NCBI GenBank assembly: GCA_965214405.1
Contig: OZ243956.1
Span: forward strand, 3,744,001 to 3,808,000
DNA from: Trueperaceae bacterium
GTDB lineage: Bacteria; Deinococcota; Deinococci; Deinococcales; Trueperaceae
Length of the DNA stretch: 64,000 nt
Direction: 5' to 3'
In this document: positions 19,449 to 30,192 of the stretch, piece after piece
Position numbering within the stretch: the first letter of the stretch is position 1
Layout of the letters: each line of letters begins with the position of its first letter
The notes under the pieces: model-generated
Told to the model about the DNA's origin: nothing
Seen by the model: the letters and a program-made list of their open reading frames with translations, nothing else
The model's database searches: none
Program-made: the position numbers and the translations under genes

Positions 19449-22146
19449 CTTGCAAGCGCGCGGTCACCGACGACGCGCCGCCCAGCGAATGGAGAACGAA
19501 CACGACGCGGTAACCCTCGGTGGGCCACGCGGCGATGACGGGGTTTCCTCCGACCTCGAGCACGAGCGGTGCCGCGTCGTCCTCGTGACGCCCTTGACCG
19601 AACGACCCCGCCTCCCTTTCCGAATCTTCTAAAGCTTTGTGAAGCGCGTCGGGAGACCCTTCCAAGCGCCCGCTGACGAGTTCTCCTCCGGTCGAGATGA
19701 CGGCGGCGCCACGCACCTCCGGGTGGTGCAAGTAACCCTCGAGCAGGCTCTGGAGAGGCGCTGTATGGTCGGGTGACGCGGCTTGTGGAACGTCGAATAA
19801 GCCCAACATATCGTCGAACAAACCGTCGCTGACTAAAAAATCCGCGACGGCGCGGGTGGCTTCGAACTGCGCCTGAAGGTCTTTGATAAGCGTTTCGGCC
19901 CCGCGTAACGACGCCTCGAGCTCGAGCTGGACGCCTAGCGACACGCGGTAGAACGCGCCTCGCTGCGTGTCGAGGTGGTGCAAGGTCCTCTTCACCGTGG
20001 CGGTTTCGTCGCTGTTGAGGCGGCTCACGGGTTCGAACGCGCCCAGCGCCGCGTCGAGGCGCGTTTCGAAGCCCTCGAGACGTTCTTTCACCTCGTTTTG
20101 CAACGCCCCGAGCCGTGCCCGCAGAGGAGACAGCGCCTGAGTGAGCGCGCCCCTCTCGATACTTTCCCTCGCCTCCTCAAGGAGACCGTCTACATCTTCG
20201 CTCCTCTCACCCAGCGCGCGGTAGGGCCTGAGAGCGGTTTCGAGCGCGTGCAAGTCTTCCAAGGCCGTGGCCCGAAGGTTTTCGGACGCGGCCTGGAGCG
20301 CGCGCTCGAGCGCGTGGAGGTCCGGGTAGTCGGCGTTAGGCTGGCCAAACGCGGCCCGCTCCGCCTCGACGCGCTGGAGGAGCGCGGGGGCCTCCAGTTC
20401 GGCGGCGCGCGCCCGAAGGGCCTCGAGAAAGTCGCCGTACGCGGCTTTTAGGGCGGCCTCGACCCCTGCGGCCCGCGCTTGCGCCTTGTGAACCTCCGTC
20501 TGGCCTATCGTGTCGCGCCTTAAGAGCGTCTCGAGCTCCCCCTTGAGCTCCTCTACGGGCGCTTCGAGGGCAGGCAGGAGCGGGAGAACCTGAAGGCGCG
20601 AGAGGAGCGCGCGCAAGAGGGAGCGTTCGCGCTCCAGGGGCGAGATTTGCGTGGTTTTGGCGACCTTGCCCTCGAGCGCCGCCTCGGCCTCTTGCGCCGC
20701 GCTGACGAGTCCGGCGTCTACGCGCCCCTGGGCCTGCGTGGCGGCCAAGCGCGTGACGGCTTCAAACAGCGCGCGGTGCTCCGCGGCGGCGGCGGAAACT
20801 TGCGCGTGGCGCTCGAGCGCGTTCTGAAAGCGCCTCAGCGCCTCCCCCTGCGCCTGGCGTCTGGCCTCGAAATCGGCTTGCGCCGCCTCAAGCTCGCGCG
20901 CGCGCTCCTGCGCGGCCTTGGCGAGCCCCCGAACCTTTTTCGTGTCGGCGAGGCTCGGCAAGGCCGTCTCGAGCACGCCCAGCGCAATCTGGAGCGCCCG
21001 CGCCAGCTCGGGTTCGTCTTGTGGCCCCGCTCCCAGACTCGCCTGGAGGGTTTCAAATTCACGCCTCAACTCCTTACGCAACGCTTCCCGAGAGAGGGGG
21101 AGTTGGGCGGAGAGGGCGGCGATCTCCTGGTTAATATCGGGTTGGGCAGTATCTGGGGTCTCGTCTCCGCCGCTCTCGATGAGGGCGCGGAGGTGCGTGA
21201 TTTTCTCCGCCCACGTGCTCTCGTGGGCGAGAAGGTGGCTAAAGGAGCGTGTCAGGGACTCGAGCTTACGCAGCGCGTCCTCGGCGTCGATGCGGCGCAA
21301 GCGCTCGCCGAGCGCGTCAACGTTCGCGTTGTCAGTTTCTCCTTTGGTATCTCCTGACGCGGCGCGGGGGCCGGGTGTGGCGGTGGGCCTGTCGAAGCTC
21401 GTGAGAAACCCTTTCTCGTCCTCTACCTCGAGCAGCCCCGCGTCCGTAGCCTGTGAGGGGTCATGCACCACACTCGACTCCATAAGCTTACGCAAGTCAG
21501 TCACGAGTTTGCGCGCGCGCTCCACCTCGGCGCTTGCAAGCTCTCTCTCGTCTTGCGCGCGCCGAATCTGCCCGGTAAGGCTTTCTAAGCGGCGCACCTT
21601 AGAGCCGCCCAACGTCTTGACGCTCTCTAAGCCTGCTTCTAAGTCGCTCAGCTCTCTCGCCTGAGCGACTAAGTGGTCCTCGAGCTTTTGCCTGAGCGCT
21701 CCCAACTGAGCCCGCGCGTCTTCCACAAGCCCATGCGCCGCGCGTCCCGCTTCATGGTCGGTCTTGAGGAGCCCTATCTGCGTTCTTAGCTTTTGCGTTT
21801 CGGGCCACTCAAAGTAAAGGTTAAACGGCTTGAGCGCGTCCTGGAGTTCGTCGAGCGCGCGCCCCTGTCCCCTAAGGTCCGCAGCCGGACTCGGCGCGCT
21901 CTGCCGCAGGGCCTCGAGCTTGGTCAGCAGCTTGTGAATGGCTTCCTTGGCGGCGACCGCGGGCATGGTCGCCTGAAGTTGCCGGAACACCTGGCCCTTG
22001 AGAATCTGCTCGACGTCCTCGACGTTCACCGTGGCGGGCGTTTTCCCGAGGCTCGTCAGGCCCTCCTGGAGAGAACGCGACACCGCGCGCGGGGACATCA
22101 CGGCCTCGAGCGCCTCGATGGTCGTTCTATATACCGCGTTCGTCAC
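19399..22146 (-). CDS. Large coiled-coil protein with C-terminal roadblock/LC7-like domain
   Basis: 915-aa helical A/E/L/R-rich ORF; C-terminal HPEVRGAAVISTGGELV resembles roadblock. Confidence 0.6.
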   Translation of the reverse strand: MTNAVYRTTIEALEAVMSPRAVSRSLQEGLTSLGKTPATVNVEDVEQILKGQVFRQLQATMPAVAAKEAIHKLLTKLEALRQSAPSPAADLRGQGRALDELQDALKPFNLYFEWPETQKLRTQIGLLKTDHEAGRAAHGLVEDARAQLGALRQKLEDHLVAQARELSDLEAGLESVKTLGGSKVRRLESLTGQIRRAQDERELASAEVERARKLVTDLRKLMESSVVHDPSQATDAGLLEVEDEKGFLTSFDRPTATPGPRAASGDTKGETDNANVDALGERLRRIDAEDALRKLESLTRSFSHLLAHESTWAEKITHLRALIESGGDETPDTAQPDINQEIAALSAQLPLSREALRKELRREFETLQASLGAGPQDEPELARALQIALGVLETALPSLADTKKVRGLAKAAQERARELEAAQADFEARRQAQGEALRRFQNALERHAQVSAAAAEHRALFEAVTRLAATQAQGRVDAGLVSAAQEAEAALEGKVAKTTQISPLERERSLLRALLSRLQVLPLLPALEAPVEELKGELETLLRRDTIGQTEVHKAQARAAGVEAALKAAYGDFLEALRARAAELEAPALLQRVEAERAAFGQPNADYPDLHALERALQAASENLRATALEDLHALETALRPYRALGERSEDVDGLLEEARESIERGALTQALSPLRARLGALQNEVKERLEGFETRLDAALGAFEPVSRLNSDETATVKRTLHHLDTQRGAFYRVSLGVQLELEASLRGAETLIKDLQAQFEATRAVADFLVSDGLFDDMLGLFDVPQAASPDHTAPLQSLLEGYLHHPEVRGAAVISTGGELVSGRLEGSPDALHKALEDSEREAGSFGQGRHEDDAAPLVLEVGGNPVIAAWPTEGYRVVFVLHSLGGASSVTARLQGDMEAFGNILRGPTFA

Positions 22147-22466
22147 GTCGCCTCGACTTCCTGATCATTGAACCTTCCTTTGACCCGTTGCTACTTTTGT
22201 ACCTTTGCCCTTTTTGTACCTTCGCCCTGCTTGATGTGTCTGCTGCGCCTGACGGTGCGTTCGCCACTTCTTACTTTCTGCTTCTTACTTCTTGCTTTCT
22301 ACGTGCAGCGTTTTATGGCTCAGACAGCCCTCTGAAATTTTGTGGCTCGAGCCTTAGACCCTGTCTTTAGGTTCTAAACCTTTCCTCAAACCCTCCAAAC
22401 CCTCCAAACGTTCCTTTTAACCGCTGGCGTCCCTACCCAGTTCTCGCACGACCGCAAGCCGAGTCC

Positions 22467-24566
22467 CTAAAACTCCTCGTCCCAGTCGATGGCGGCGTCG
22501 GGGCTGCCCGCATCCAGAAGCGTCGGGTTAACGTCTTCCGCGCTTCCGGCGTCCTTTTTACCGAGCAGGCCGAACTGGACGCAGATGCCGTGAAGTCCGG
22601 CAGCGGCGAAAAGGATGGCGAGCCCGGTGAGCGCCACCCACACGACCTGAGCCAGCACGCTCTGAAAGGGAGAAAAGGGCGCGAGGACGTTGAAAACGTC
22701 TGCACCCGTAAAGAAAGCCAGGAGGCTGCCCAGCGAGACGAGCCCTTCGACCATGACGGGCAGGAGGAGCAAAAAGAGCGCTACGCCGACCCACTGCCAG
22801 TTGCGGTTGCCGCCGCCGAACGCGAGGTTGAGCAGGTAGAGCGGCACAAAGGCCAGCGCGCCCAAAAAGACGAGCAGCGCGAGCCGCACGAAGCCGCTCC
22901 AGAACCCCGTGACCGAGGCTTCTATACTCCCTGAGCTCGGCGCGCCCCCCTGTAGCCCCGCCGACGCTGGTAACTGACCCGTTGGCAACTGACCCAGCAA
23001 GACCGCCACGTCCTGCACGCGCAACGCGGGCGACGCGCTCAACCTGTTGATGAGCTCGAGCGTCCTGCCTTCTTGTTCAGGGTTGGTGGACGCCACGAGC
23101 GGCGCGAGTAGAAGCGTATAGTCCGCGCGCAAGGTGTCAAGGAGCGTGTGCGCCGTGCGCTCGTCGCCGCGCCCGGTGGCGACCAGCGCTCGAGCGCCGA
23201 CGGCGTAAAGGTGCTCCAGAGCCGCGTCCACGCTCCCGAAGCCGCGGTCGCGGTAGGCGCTGATAAGCCTGGTCGCCTCGCTCTCAGAAAGGGGGTAGGC
23301 GTCCAGCGTGAGGGGCGTATTCGCCGCCGTCTGGCTCAGTCGCGCGGGGTCTAAGAGGACACCCGTGAGGTCGAGCGCCGCCGGAACGTCGCCCGCAAAA
23401 GCGTTTGCCAAACCAAGCTCACCATCGGCACCCGAATCACCGGGGGAAGCCGTCTCGGGCGTGGCGAGAAGGGACGCGTTCTCGTTTTCTGTCGGGGTCT
23501 CGGCGGCTTCTGTTGGGGTCGTCTCAGCGGGAGCCACCTGGGCCACCTCGGTGGCGACTGTTTCAGTGGGAGCTGTACCGGCGGGAGCTTCGGTGGGAGG
23601 AGTTTCAGCAGGGGCCGCGCCGACGGGGACCGGTTCGATAGCGACCTCTTGCACAGGTTGCGCCGCCAAAAGCGTTTCCGCCGCGGTGTTCAAACTGGAG
23701 AGTTCGCTTTCCAATGTGCTGTTGTCGCCGCTCACAAGCGCGCCGATGGCGGCGGAAAAAACCGCGCCGGTCGTTCCATCTACATAAGGCGAATCTTGGA
23801 TGGGGATAAACAGGCCGTACGCCTCTGCTAGCGCGGGGTAAGAGAGCTCAAGCCCCGCCTCGGGGTTCACGCGCGAGAGCGCCTCTTGCAGGGCCGCCGC
23901 CACACCTTTTTCAAACGTCAGGCGCAGCGCGGCACCCGTGGTTGGTGTGGTTGGCGCGTCTTCGGCAGGCGTCGCCGTACTCGCCTCGGCGCTCGTTGTG
24001 GTGTTCGCAGTAATATTTGCAGCGGCGTTTAAGGCGTTCTGCGTCTGGGCGTCCAAACCCATCTCGCTTGCCAAGGCGCTAAACCGCGCTGCCGCCGCCC
24101 CTGGCCCTCCCGCGTTGGCGTCCCGAACCGCCGTCTCGTAAAGGAGCCGCCGGAAACCGCCCTTGAGCACCGCCACCTGAACGGCCAAGTCTACCGCGCT
24201 TTCGTTGCGAATCGCGGTGCGGGCGCGCTCGAACGTCGCCTCCATCGACCTCACCATCGTGGGCGAGCTCGTGTCTTGCGAGAGCGGTCTCAAGGCTCTG
24301 GCCGCGCGCTCTAGGTTGTCCAAACTTGCCGCGCCGTCCGCAAAGCCGCCCTCCACGCCGTCAAGCGCTGCCACACTCTCATTCAAACCTTCTACCGCGA
24401 GCGTGTAGCGTGCCAAAAAGCTGTCTTCTGCTCCCTCACCCGCTCCCTCACTCGCCGAGTCGCCCCCTGTTACGCTGGACTGCTCGGACTGTGCAGACTG
24501 TGCAGACGTCTGCGCGAGCGCGCTCCACCCCAACAACATTAGTAAGACGACAAGAGAGCGTTTCAT
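22467..24566 (-). CDS. Exported helical protein with C-terminal TM segments (hypothetical)
   Basis: Signal peptide, A/P/T/E-rich linkers, about three hydrophobic C-terminal helices; ATG overlaps the upstream stop. Confidence 0.65.
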   Translation of the reverse strand: MKRSLVVLLMLLGWSALAQTSAQSAQSEQSSVTGGDSASEGAGEGAEDSFLARYTLAVEGLNESVAALDGVEGGFADGAASLDNLERAARALRPLSQDTSSPTMVRSMEATFERARTAIRNESAVDLAVQVAVLKGGFRRLLYETAVRDANAGGPGAAAARFSALASEMGLDAQTQNALNAAANITANTTTSAEASTATPAEDAPTTPTTGAALRLTFEKGVAAALQEALSRVNPEAGLELSYPALAEAYGLFIPIQDSPYVDGTTGAVFSAAIGALVSGDNSTLESELSSLNTAAETLLAAQPVQEVAIEPVPVGAAPAETPPTEAPAGTAPTETVATEVAQVAPAETTPTEAAETPTENENASLLATPETASPGDSGADGELGLANAFAGDVPAALDLTGVLLDPARLSQTAANTPLTLDAYPLSESEATRLISAYRDRGFGSVDAALEHLYAVGARALVATGRGDERTAHTLLDTLRADYTLLLAPLVASTNPEQEGRTLELINRLSASPALRVQDVAVLLGQLPTGQLPASAGLQGGAPSSGSIEASVTGFWSGFVRLALLVFLGALAFVPLYLLNLAFGGGNRNWQWVGVALFLLLLPVMVEGLVSLGSLLAFFTGADVFNVLAPFSPFQSVLAQVVWVALTGLAILFAAAGLHGICVQFGLLGKKDAGSAEDVNPTLLDAGSPDAAIDWDEEF

Positions 24567-25480
24567 AGTTCCTCCTCGAGAGTAGAGAGCGTGCCGAACA
24601 CCGACCCGACGTTGAGTTCGGGCGTGCCGATGACTACAAGCGTGCTCCCGCCCAAGGGGAGCAAAAAGAGTTGATAAAGACTGTGCGCGAGATAGTAAGA
24701 CCGTACGTGGCCGCTCCGGCGCAAAAGCGTGAGCGTCATGAGCCCGTAACGCGCGAGCGCGCCCAAATCGAAGCCGCCGCCGCGCGAGCCCGTGACCTCG
24801 CCCCCCGGCCCAAACGAAGCCACCAATTTGACCTCCTCGAGCCCCGCAAAACGCAGCACGATCGTCTCGAGCTGTGCGTGAGAGAGTGGAGGAAAGGCTT
24901 TGCGCTGCGGGGCGGGTTTTGAAAAAGCGGCGGGCGCTTGCGTTGAAGGTTGATATGGTTGGGGGAGCTGAGAAGGCGCGCTGTACGCGGCGACAGGCGC
25001 TGTTATGTGTTCATCCTCAGGGGTAGAGAATGGTGCAAAAGAGTCTCGCGGTGCCTTGTCCGGCTTGTCCTGAAGCGCTCTCCGGGGCTCTTTCCGGCTA
25101 GCGGGGGCTCGAGGGGACGCGGGCGCAGGAACGCGGGCGGCCTCTTCATCCGCTTTAACCTGACGGGTTTCCGGTGGATTATTCGGCGTGGTCGCGGTTT
25201 CCCCCGTAGGTTCCCCCAGAGAACGCGCATGATCCGCTTCTGCCGCCGTTAAGTCGGTGACGAGTTTTTTGAGAGTGCGCCGCAGGCCGTCGCGGGGCAG
25301 CGTGGTTTCTAGCTCGCGGCACACGGGGCCGAGCAAAAGGTTTCTCATGAGCCCGCCGCTTACCGTGTCCGCGGTGTAACCCGCCGTCTGGAGCGCCCGG
25401 TCGAGCACCCGCTGCGCGGCGCGCGCCGACATCAGGGTGGTGAGACCGTGGTGCGTTTGGGTATAAACGTCGTTAGCCAC
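24563..25480 (-). CDS. Hypothetical protein, N-terminus paralogous to 19399-22146, C-terminal roadblock-like domain
   Basis: Shared N-terminal pattern; Pro-rich linker; EEVKLVASFGPGGEV...NVGSVF. Confidence 0.6.
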   Translation of the reverse strand: MANDVYTQTHHGLTTLMSARAAQRVLDRALQTAGYTADTVSGGLMRNLLLGPVCRELETTLPRDGLRRTLKKLVTDLTAAEADHARSLGEPTGETATTPNNPPETRQVKADEEAARVPAPASPRAPASRKEPRRALQDKPDKAPRDSFAPFSTPEDEHITAPVAAYSAPSQLPQPYQPSTQAPAAFSKPAPQRKAFPPLSHAQLETIVLRFAGLEEVKLVASFGPGGEVTGSRGGGFDLGALARYGLMTLTLLRRSGHVRSYYLAHSLYQLFLLPLGGSTLVVIGTPELNVGSVFGTLSTLEEEL

Positions 25481-25839
25481 GGTGTGCCCGCCCCGGCTGC
25501 GCCGTAGGTGTGACGGTGCTGTTTAATACGGTAAGCCTTAGTACGGGAAATCCTGACGCGCCCCTCACGGGAAAGGGCGGGCGCAAAAGGTGCCGCGAGT
25601 TGGTAAGTCGGTTCATGTGCCTTTTCATGTGTACCCTAACGTGACGACCCGGCTCAACTCACAAAGTAACGCGATAGTCATTTAATAACAAGGCCGGGGC
25701 CATACACCTGCACTCAAGAATAGGCCGACCCACCCCTCGACCATGTGAAATATCCGCCCGTCGGCGCAGCAGAGAGAGCGGTGTTAAATAGGACGCATGA
25801 AGCCTTGCAACGTAAGCAACGTAAGCCTTGCGAAAGATA

Positions 25840-26571
25840 TCAGAGCGTTTCCGCCGCCGCCGCCGAGCCTTGGACCCAGCCTTCGCTCTCACCTGCGACC
25901 TCGTACTTCCACACGGGCAGGAGTTCTTTAAGGCGGTCAATGCAGCTCGAGCAGGCGTCCAAGGCCGCGCGGCGGTGTTTAGAAGAAATGACGATAAGAA
26001 TAGAAGCCTCACCGGGCTCGAGCCGCCCTAAACGGTGCGCGAGAACGATGCGTCCCAGTTCGAAACGTGCCCGCAACTCCTCGGCGGCGCGCTTCATCTG
26101 GCCTAGAATCATCGTTTCGTAACCCTCGTAGTCGATATAACGCACGTTTTGCCCCAGGTTGGGCGAGCGCACCGTGCCGAGAAAAGAGGCGACCGCGCCC
26201 CATTCGGGGGCGACGGCCAGCGCGGTGAAATGCGCCACGTCGAGCACGCCTTCGGTCACAAAAAAATGGTCCGTCCCGGCCCCTTCATTTTCACCAGACC
26301 CACCTGAGACGGGCGGAAAAAAAGCTACTGTGTCTCCACTCGAGACTATATAATCGGGTGAAACGTAAGCTTCGTTCACCGCGCAGAGCGCGCCCTTGAG
26401 GGTTAAGCCAGGATGATCGGCCTCGAGCCGCGCCGCCACCTCCCGAACGTTCAACCCCTCGGGCAGCTCGAGCGTCATTTCCCGCTTACCGACGCTCTGC
26501 CGGTAGGAGGCAAAAAGGAGCAGCGTGACTTTGACGGTGGAACTGGAGATATCAAGATTGACGTCGGTCAC
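25840..26571 (-). CDS. moaE: Fused molybdopterin synthase MoaD-MoaE
   Basis: LLFASYR...FFPPVSGG (MoaD) followed by GAVASFLGTVR, HRLG, SKHR, LKELLPVWKYE (MoaE). Confidence 0.9.
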   Translation of the reverse strand: MTDVNLDISSSTVKVTLLLFASYRQSVGKREMTLELPEGLNVREVAARLEADHPGLTLKGALCAVNEAYVSPDYIVSSGDTVAFFPPVSGGSGENEGAGTDHFFVTEGVLDVAHFTALAVAPEWGAVASFLGTVRSPNLGQNVRYIDYEGYETMILGQMKRAAEELRARFELGRIVLAHRLGRLEPGEASILIVISSKHRRAALDACSSCIDRLKELLPVWKYEVAGESEGWVQGSAAAAETL

Positions 26572-26572
26572 G

Positions 26573-27571
26573 CTAGTTGACCCCGCCTGCGCCTTGTTCT
26601 TCGTCCCGCCTCGACACCGCCTCGGTGACGCCGCGCGCGACCATCAGCACTTCGGGATAGCGCATCCGCACAGGTCCCAAAAGCAGGAGCCCGCCGCGGC
26701 TCGAGCCGAGCACGAGTGACGACGAGACGAGCGCCAGCGCGGACTCAAAGGTAACGCCCGGCATCTCGTCCGTCTCGCCCAAAGAAACCCTGGGCGCGTC
26801 CTCCGGCGTGGCCTCCATCAGCGGCCCCTCGACGCGCTCGACCACGCGCCGCACAAAGTCGGGGTCGGCGCTTTCGGGCTCGGCCAGGAGGTTGCGGAGC
26901 CCCCTCGAGAACACGCGGGGCGGGTTCACCGCGGGCCAGGCGCGAGCGAGCGCGCGAAAGGTACGGGCCACCTCCTCCTCAGCGCGTGTGGCGATGTCCG
27001 CTAGCGCCGTCGGCACCTCCCCGACGGGCAGCGTGAGACCGCGCAGGCTGCTCTCGGCCTCGCGCAAGGCAAGTTCGCCGGGCGTGGGCATGAGGTCCAC
27101 CACCACCTGACGCACCAGCCCGTGCTCGAGCACCACCACCGCCAGCATCCGCGCCTCCGAGAGCGCGGAAAGGTGAATTTCTAAAGTCACCAGCGCGTCG
27201 TCTGCGGGCAGCGTCACCACCACCGCGTAACCCGACAGCTCCGCCGACACGTCCGCCACCCGCTGCAACAGCACGTCGCCGTGCGCGCCGCCCAGCCGCT
27301 CCGCTAAGAGCCGCCTTTGGAGCGCGGGCAGACGGCGCGGCGGGATGAATTTACGCGCGTAGCGGGTGTAGCCTAGCGCCGTCGGGACGCGCCCCGCCGA
27401 GGTGTGAGGCTGCGTGAGGTAACCGTCGCGCTCCAGCGCGCTAAAATCGTTACGCACGGTGGCGCTGCTCACCTCGAGCCGCCCCGCAATCCACGCCGAC
27501 GGCACGGGCCGCGCCGAGCGGATATAGCCTTCCGTGACGAGGTCCAAAACGTGTTCCCTGCGTTCAATCAT
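26573..27571 (-). CDS. hrcA: Heat-inducible transcription repressor HrcA
   Basis: SSATVRND, QPHTSAGRVPT, GPVRMRY. Confidence 0.9.
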   Translation of the reverse strand: MIERREHVLDLVTEGYIRSARPVPSAWIAGRLEVSSATVRNDFSALERDGYLTQPHTSAGRVPTALGYTRYARKFIPPRRLPALQRRLLAERLGGAHGDVLLQRVADVSAELSGYAVVVTLPADDALVTLEIHLSALSEARMLAVVVLEHGLVRQVVVDLMPTPGELALREAESSLRGLTLPVGEVPTALADIATRAEEEVARTFRALARAWPAVNPPRVFSRGLRNLLAEPESADPDFVRRVVERVEGPLMEATPEDAPRVSLGETDEMPGVTFESALALVSSSLVLGSSRGGLLLLGPVRMRYPEVLMVARGVTEAVSRRDEEQGAGGVN

Positions 27572-27658
27572 TAGACTCGACTATATCACGGGCGGGGGTT
27601 TTTCCGGGATGTGGTTTATACGGGGTGGGCTTTTGTTGAGGACGGCGCTGAGCACACA

Positions 27659-27684
27659 AAACAAGGGGTTGCAACCCCTTGTTT
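27659..27684. repeat. Perfect 26-bp palindrome (REP-like or hairpin)
   Basis: AAACAAGGGGTTGCAACCCCTTGTTT in the intergenic region. Confidence 0.55.
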
Positions 27685-27718
27685 GCATTCCCTTACTGCT
27701 CACAGCACACCAGCAGTC

Positions 27719-28905
27719 TTAGCTGACTTCTAAATAGTCCAAAACGCCTTTGCTAAGAAGCTCGACCGCCAACGACAGGGATGCCTCGTCGATGTCGAAC
27801 TGTGGGTGGTGGTGGGGCTTGTTAATGCCCCGGCTCTCGTCCCTAGCGCCCACAAAGAAGTAGCAGCCGGGAGCCTGTTCCAGCCAGAGCGCCATGTCAT
27901 CGCCGCCCATGATGGGGTTGGGCTCCAAGACACGTTCCTCGCCGACGACTTCTCGAGCAAGAGAACGCACGCGCTCGGTCATGGCCGCGTCGTTGACTAC
28001 CGCGGGGGAGGTGCCTATCCAGGTTAGCTCGGCTTCACCGCGATGACTTTTCGCCACACCCTGCGCGTAGGTTTCGATTCTCTCCTGCAAGCTCGAGCGC
28101 GTTTCCTTTAGAAAAGTCCTCAACGTGCCCCGCAACTCGACGCTCTCGGGGATGATGTTGTGGGCCGTGCCGCCATGAACCGCGGTCACGCTAATCACGG
28201 CCTGGTCTAAGGGATCCGTCTCGCGCGAGACGAGGCTCTGAAGGCCGACGACGATGTGCGCCGCGATGAGCACCGGGTCTACCGTCTCCTGCGGCTTGGC
28301 CGCGTGCCCGCCGTGACCCCGGACGACGAGGGTGAACGAGTCCGTCGCCGCCATCGCGGGGCCTGCGCGCAAGGCCACGGTGCCCGTGGGATGCTCGCTG
28401 CTTAGATGGAGGCCGATGCTGGCGTCCGGGGTGAAATCTTGTAAGGCACCATCTTTAAGCATCGCCTTCGCCCCGCCCACCTTTTCCTCGGCGGGCTGGA
28501 AGATGAAAACGACCTTTCCGCTAAGCTCGTCCTTGCGCTCGGTCAAGAGCTTGGCGACGCTCAGCAGGACCGCCGTGTGGCCGTCGTGACCGCAGGCGTG
28601 CATCTTGCCGTCCACCGTCGAGCGGTAGGCGCTGTCGCGCTCTTCAAACACCGGCAGGGCGTCCATGTCGGCCCTGGCAAGCACCGTCCGGCCCGGCTTG
28701 CCCGTCTCGAGCACCCCGACGACGCCCGTCTGGCCGACGTTGCGGCGTACCTCCAAGCCTAACGACTCGAGCCTTTCGGCCACAATCCCGCTCGTCCGCA
28801 CCTCCTCAAAGGCAATTTCGGGGTGACGGTGAAAGTCGCGCCTCGTCTCGACGGTTTCTTGCTCGAGCTCCTTCGCCGCCTTACGTATGGAATCTAACGT
28901 CACGC

Positions 28906-28909
<4 letters not shown>
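27719..28909 (-). CDS. M20 family amidohydrolase
   Basis: RADMDALP, MHACGHDGH, FQPAEE, GGHAA, HHHPQFDIDE. Confidence 0.92.
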
Positions 28910-29388
<479 letters not shown>

Positions 29389-29420
29389 GGTGGATTTTAC
29401 CCCCAAACGCGCCCGACGGG

Positions 29421-30062
29421 CTAATGCGCCCCTTCTGCCTCGTAACGAAACAGCCGCAGGAAAAACTGCATGGCCGCGCCCACTGTAACGGCAAAAAGCA
29501 CCGTTCCCAGCCCGAGAGAGCCGCCTAGAAGAAAACCCAGCGCCAGCACGCCCAGCTCGATCCCGCTGCGGGTCACGCGGATGCTTTGTCTTATTTTGGC
29601 AGCCAGCCCAAGCACAAAACTGTCGCGCGGCCCTGCGCCGAAGCGTGCGGTGATGTAGAGGCCGCTCGAGAGCCCAAGCAAAAGCACGCCGAGCATAAAC
29701 TGCCCCGTCCCCCACGCGTAACCCTCCGCGTGAGGGACAAAAGGTTGAGCCCGAAAAAAGTCCACCCACGGCCCCACCAGCAGCATGTTGAGCACCGTGC
29801 CGAGTCCCATCCGGACGTGCAGCACGAAGTAACTCACCGCGACGAGCAAGAGGCCGATGATTTGCGTGACGCGCCCGAAAGAGAGCCCCGTCCTTTCGCT
29901 CAGGCCCTGATGAAACGATGACCAAGGGTCCAGGCCAATACCCGCCCCTAGCATGAGCGCGATGGCGAGGCCGAAGAGCATCAGCCCTAAGTTGAGTTGT
30001 AACACTCTGCGCCAGAAGGAGAGGGAGGCCAAGCGGGAGCGGGCGCGAAAAATCCGGGTCAT
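29421..30062 (-). CDS. YczE/YitT-like membrane protein
   Basis: GIGLDPWSSFHQG, GAGPRDS, GLGTVLFAVTVG. Confidence 0.8.
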   Translation of the reverse strand: MTRIFRARSRLASLSFWRRVLQLNLGLMLFGLAIALMLGAGIGLDPWSSFHQGLSERTGLSFGRVTQIIGLLLVAVSYFVLHVRMGLGTVLNMLLVGPWVDFFRAQPFVPHAEGYAWGTGQFMLGVLLLGLSSGLYITARFGAGPRDSFVLGLAAKIRQSIRVTRSGIELGVLALGFLLGGSLGLGTVLFAVTVGAAMQFFLRLFRYEAEGAH

Positions 30063-30192
30063 GAGGGGCAGTCTACGTTGGGAGGTGGGCGGAGGATGTC
30101 GGGCAAGCACCGTGACTTCTAACCCAAATTGGCGGGGCAGGCTCAAGGCCCGCCCCTTCTTGCTCTCTCGTACTGAGAGAGGTGCTAAAAAC

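Noticed and set aside
25540..25600. c-di-GMP-I riboswitch-like GAAA...GCGCAAA
   Set aside because: Opposite strand to the flanking genes; P2/P3 pairing and the downstream consensus are missing
29389..29925. N-terminal extension of the EVE ORF
   Set aside because: Overlaps the YczE-like gene; a leaderless start lies at 29388
30160..30190. CIRCE element
   Set aside because: Only a TTAGCAC half-site; the rest is a hairpin after leuS
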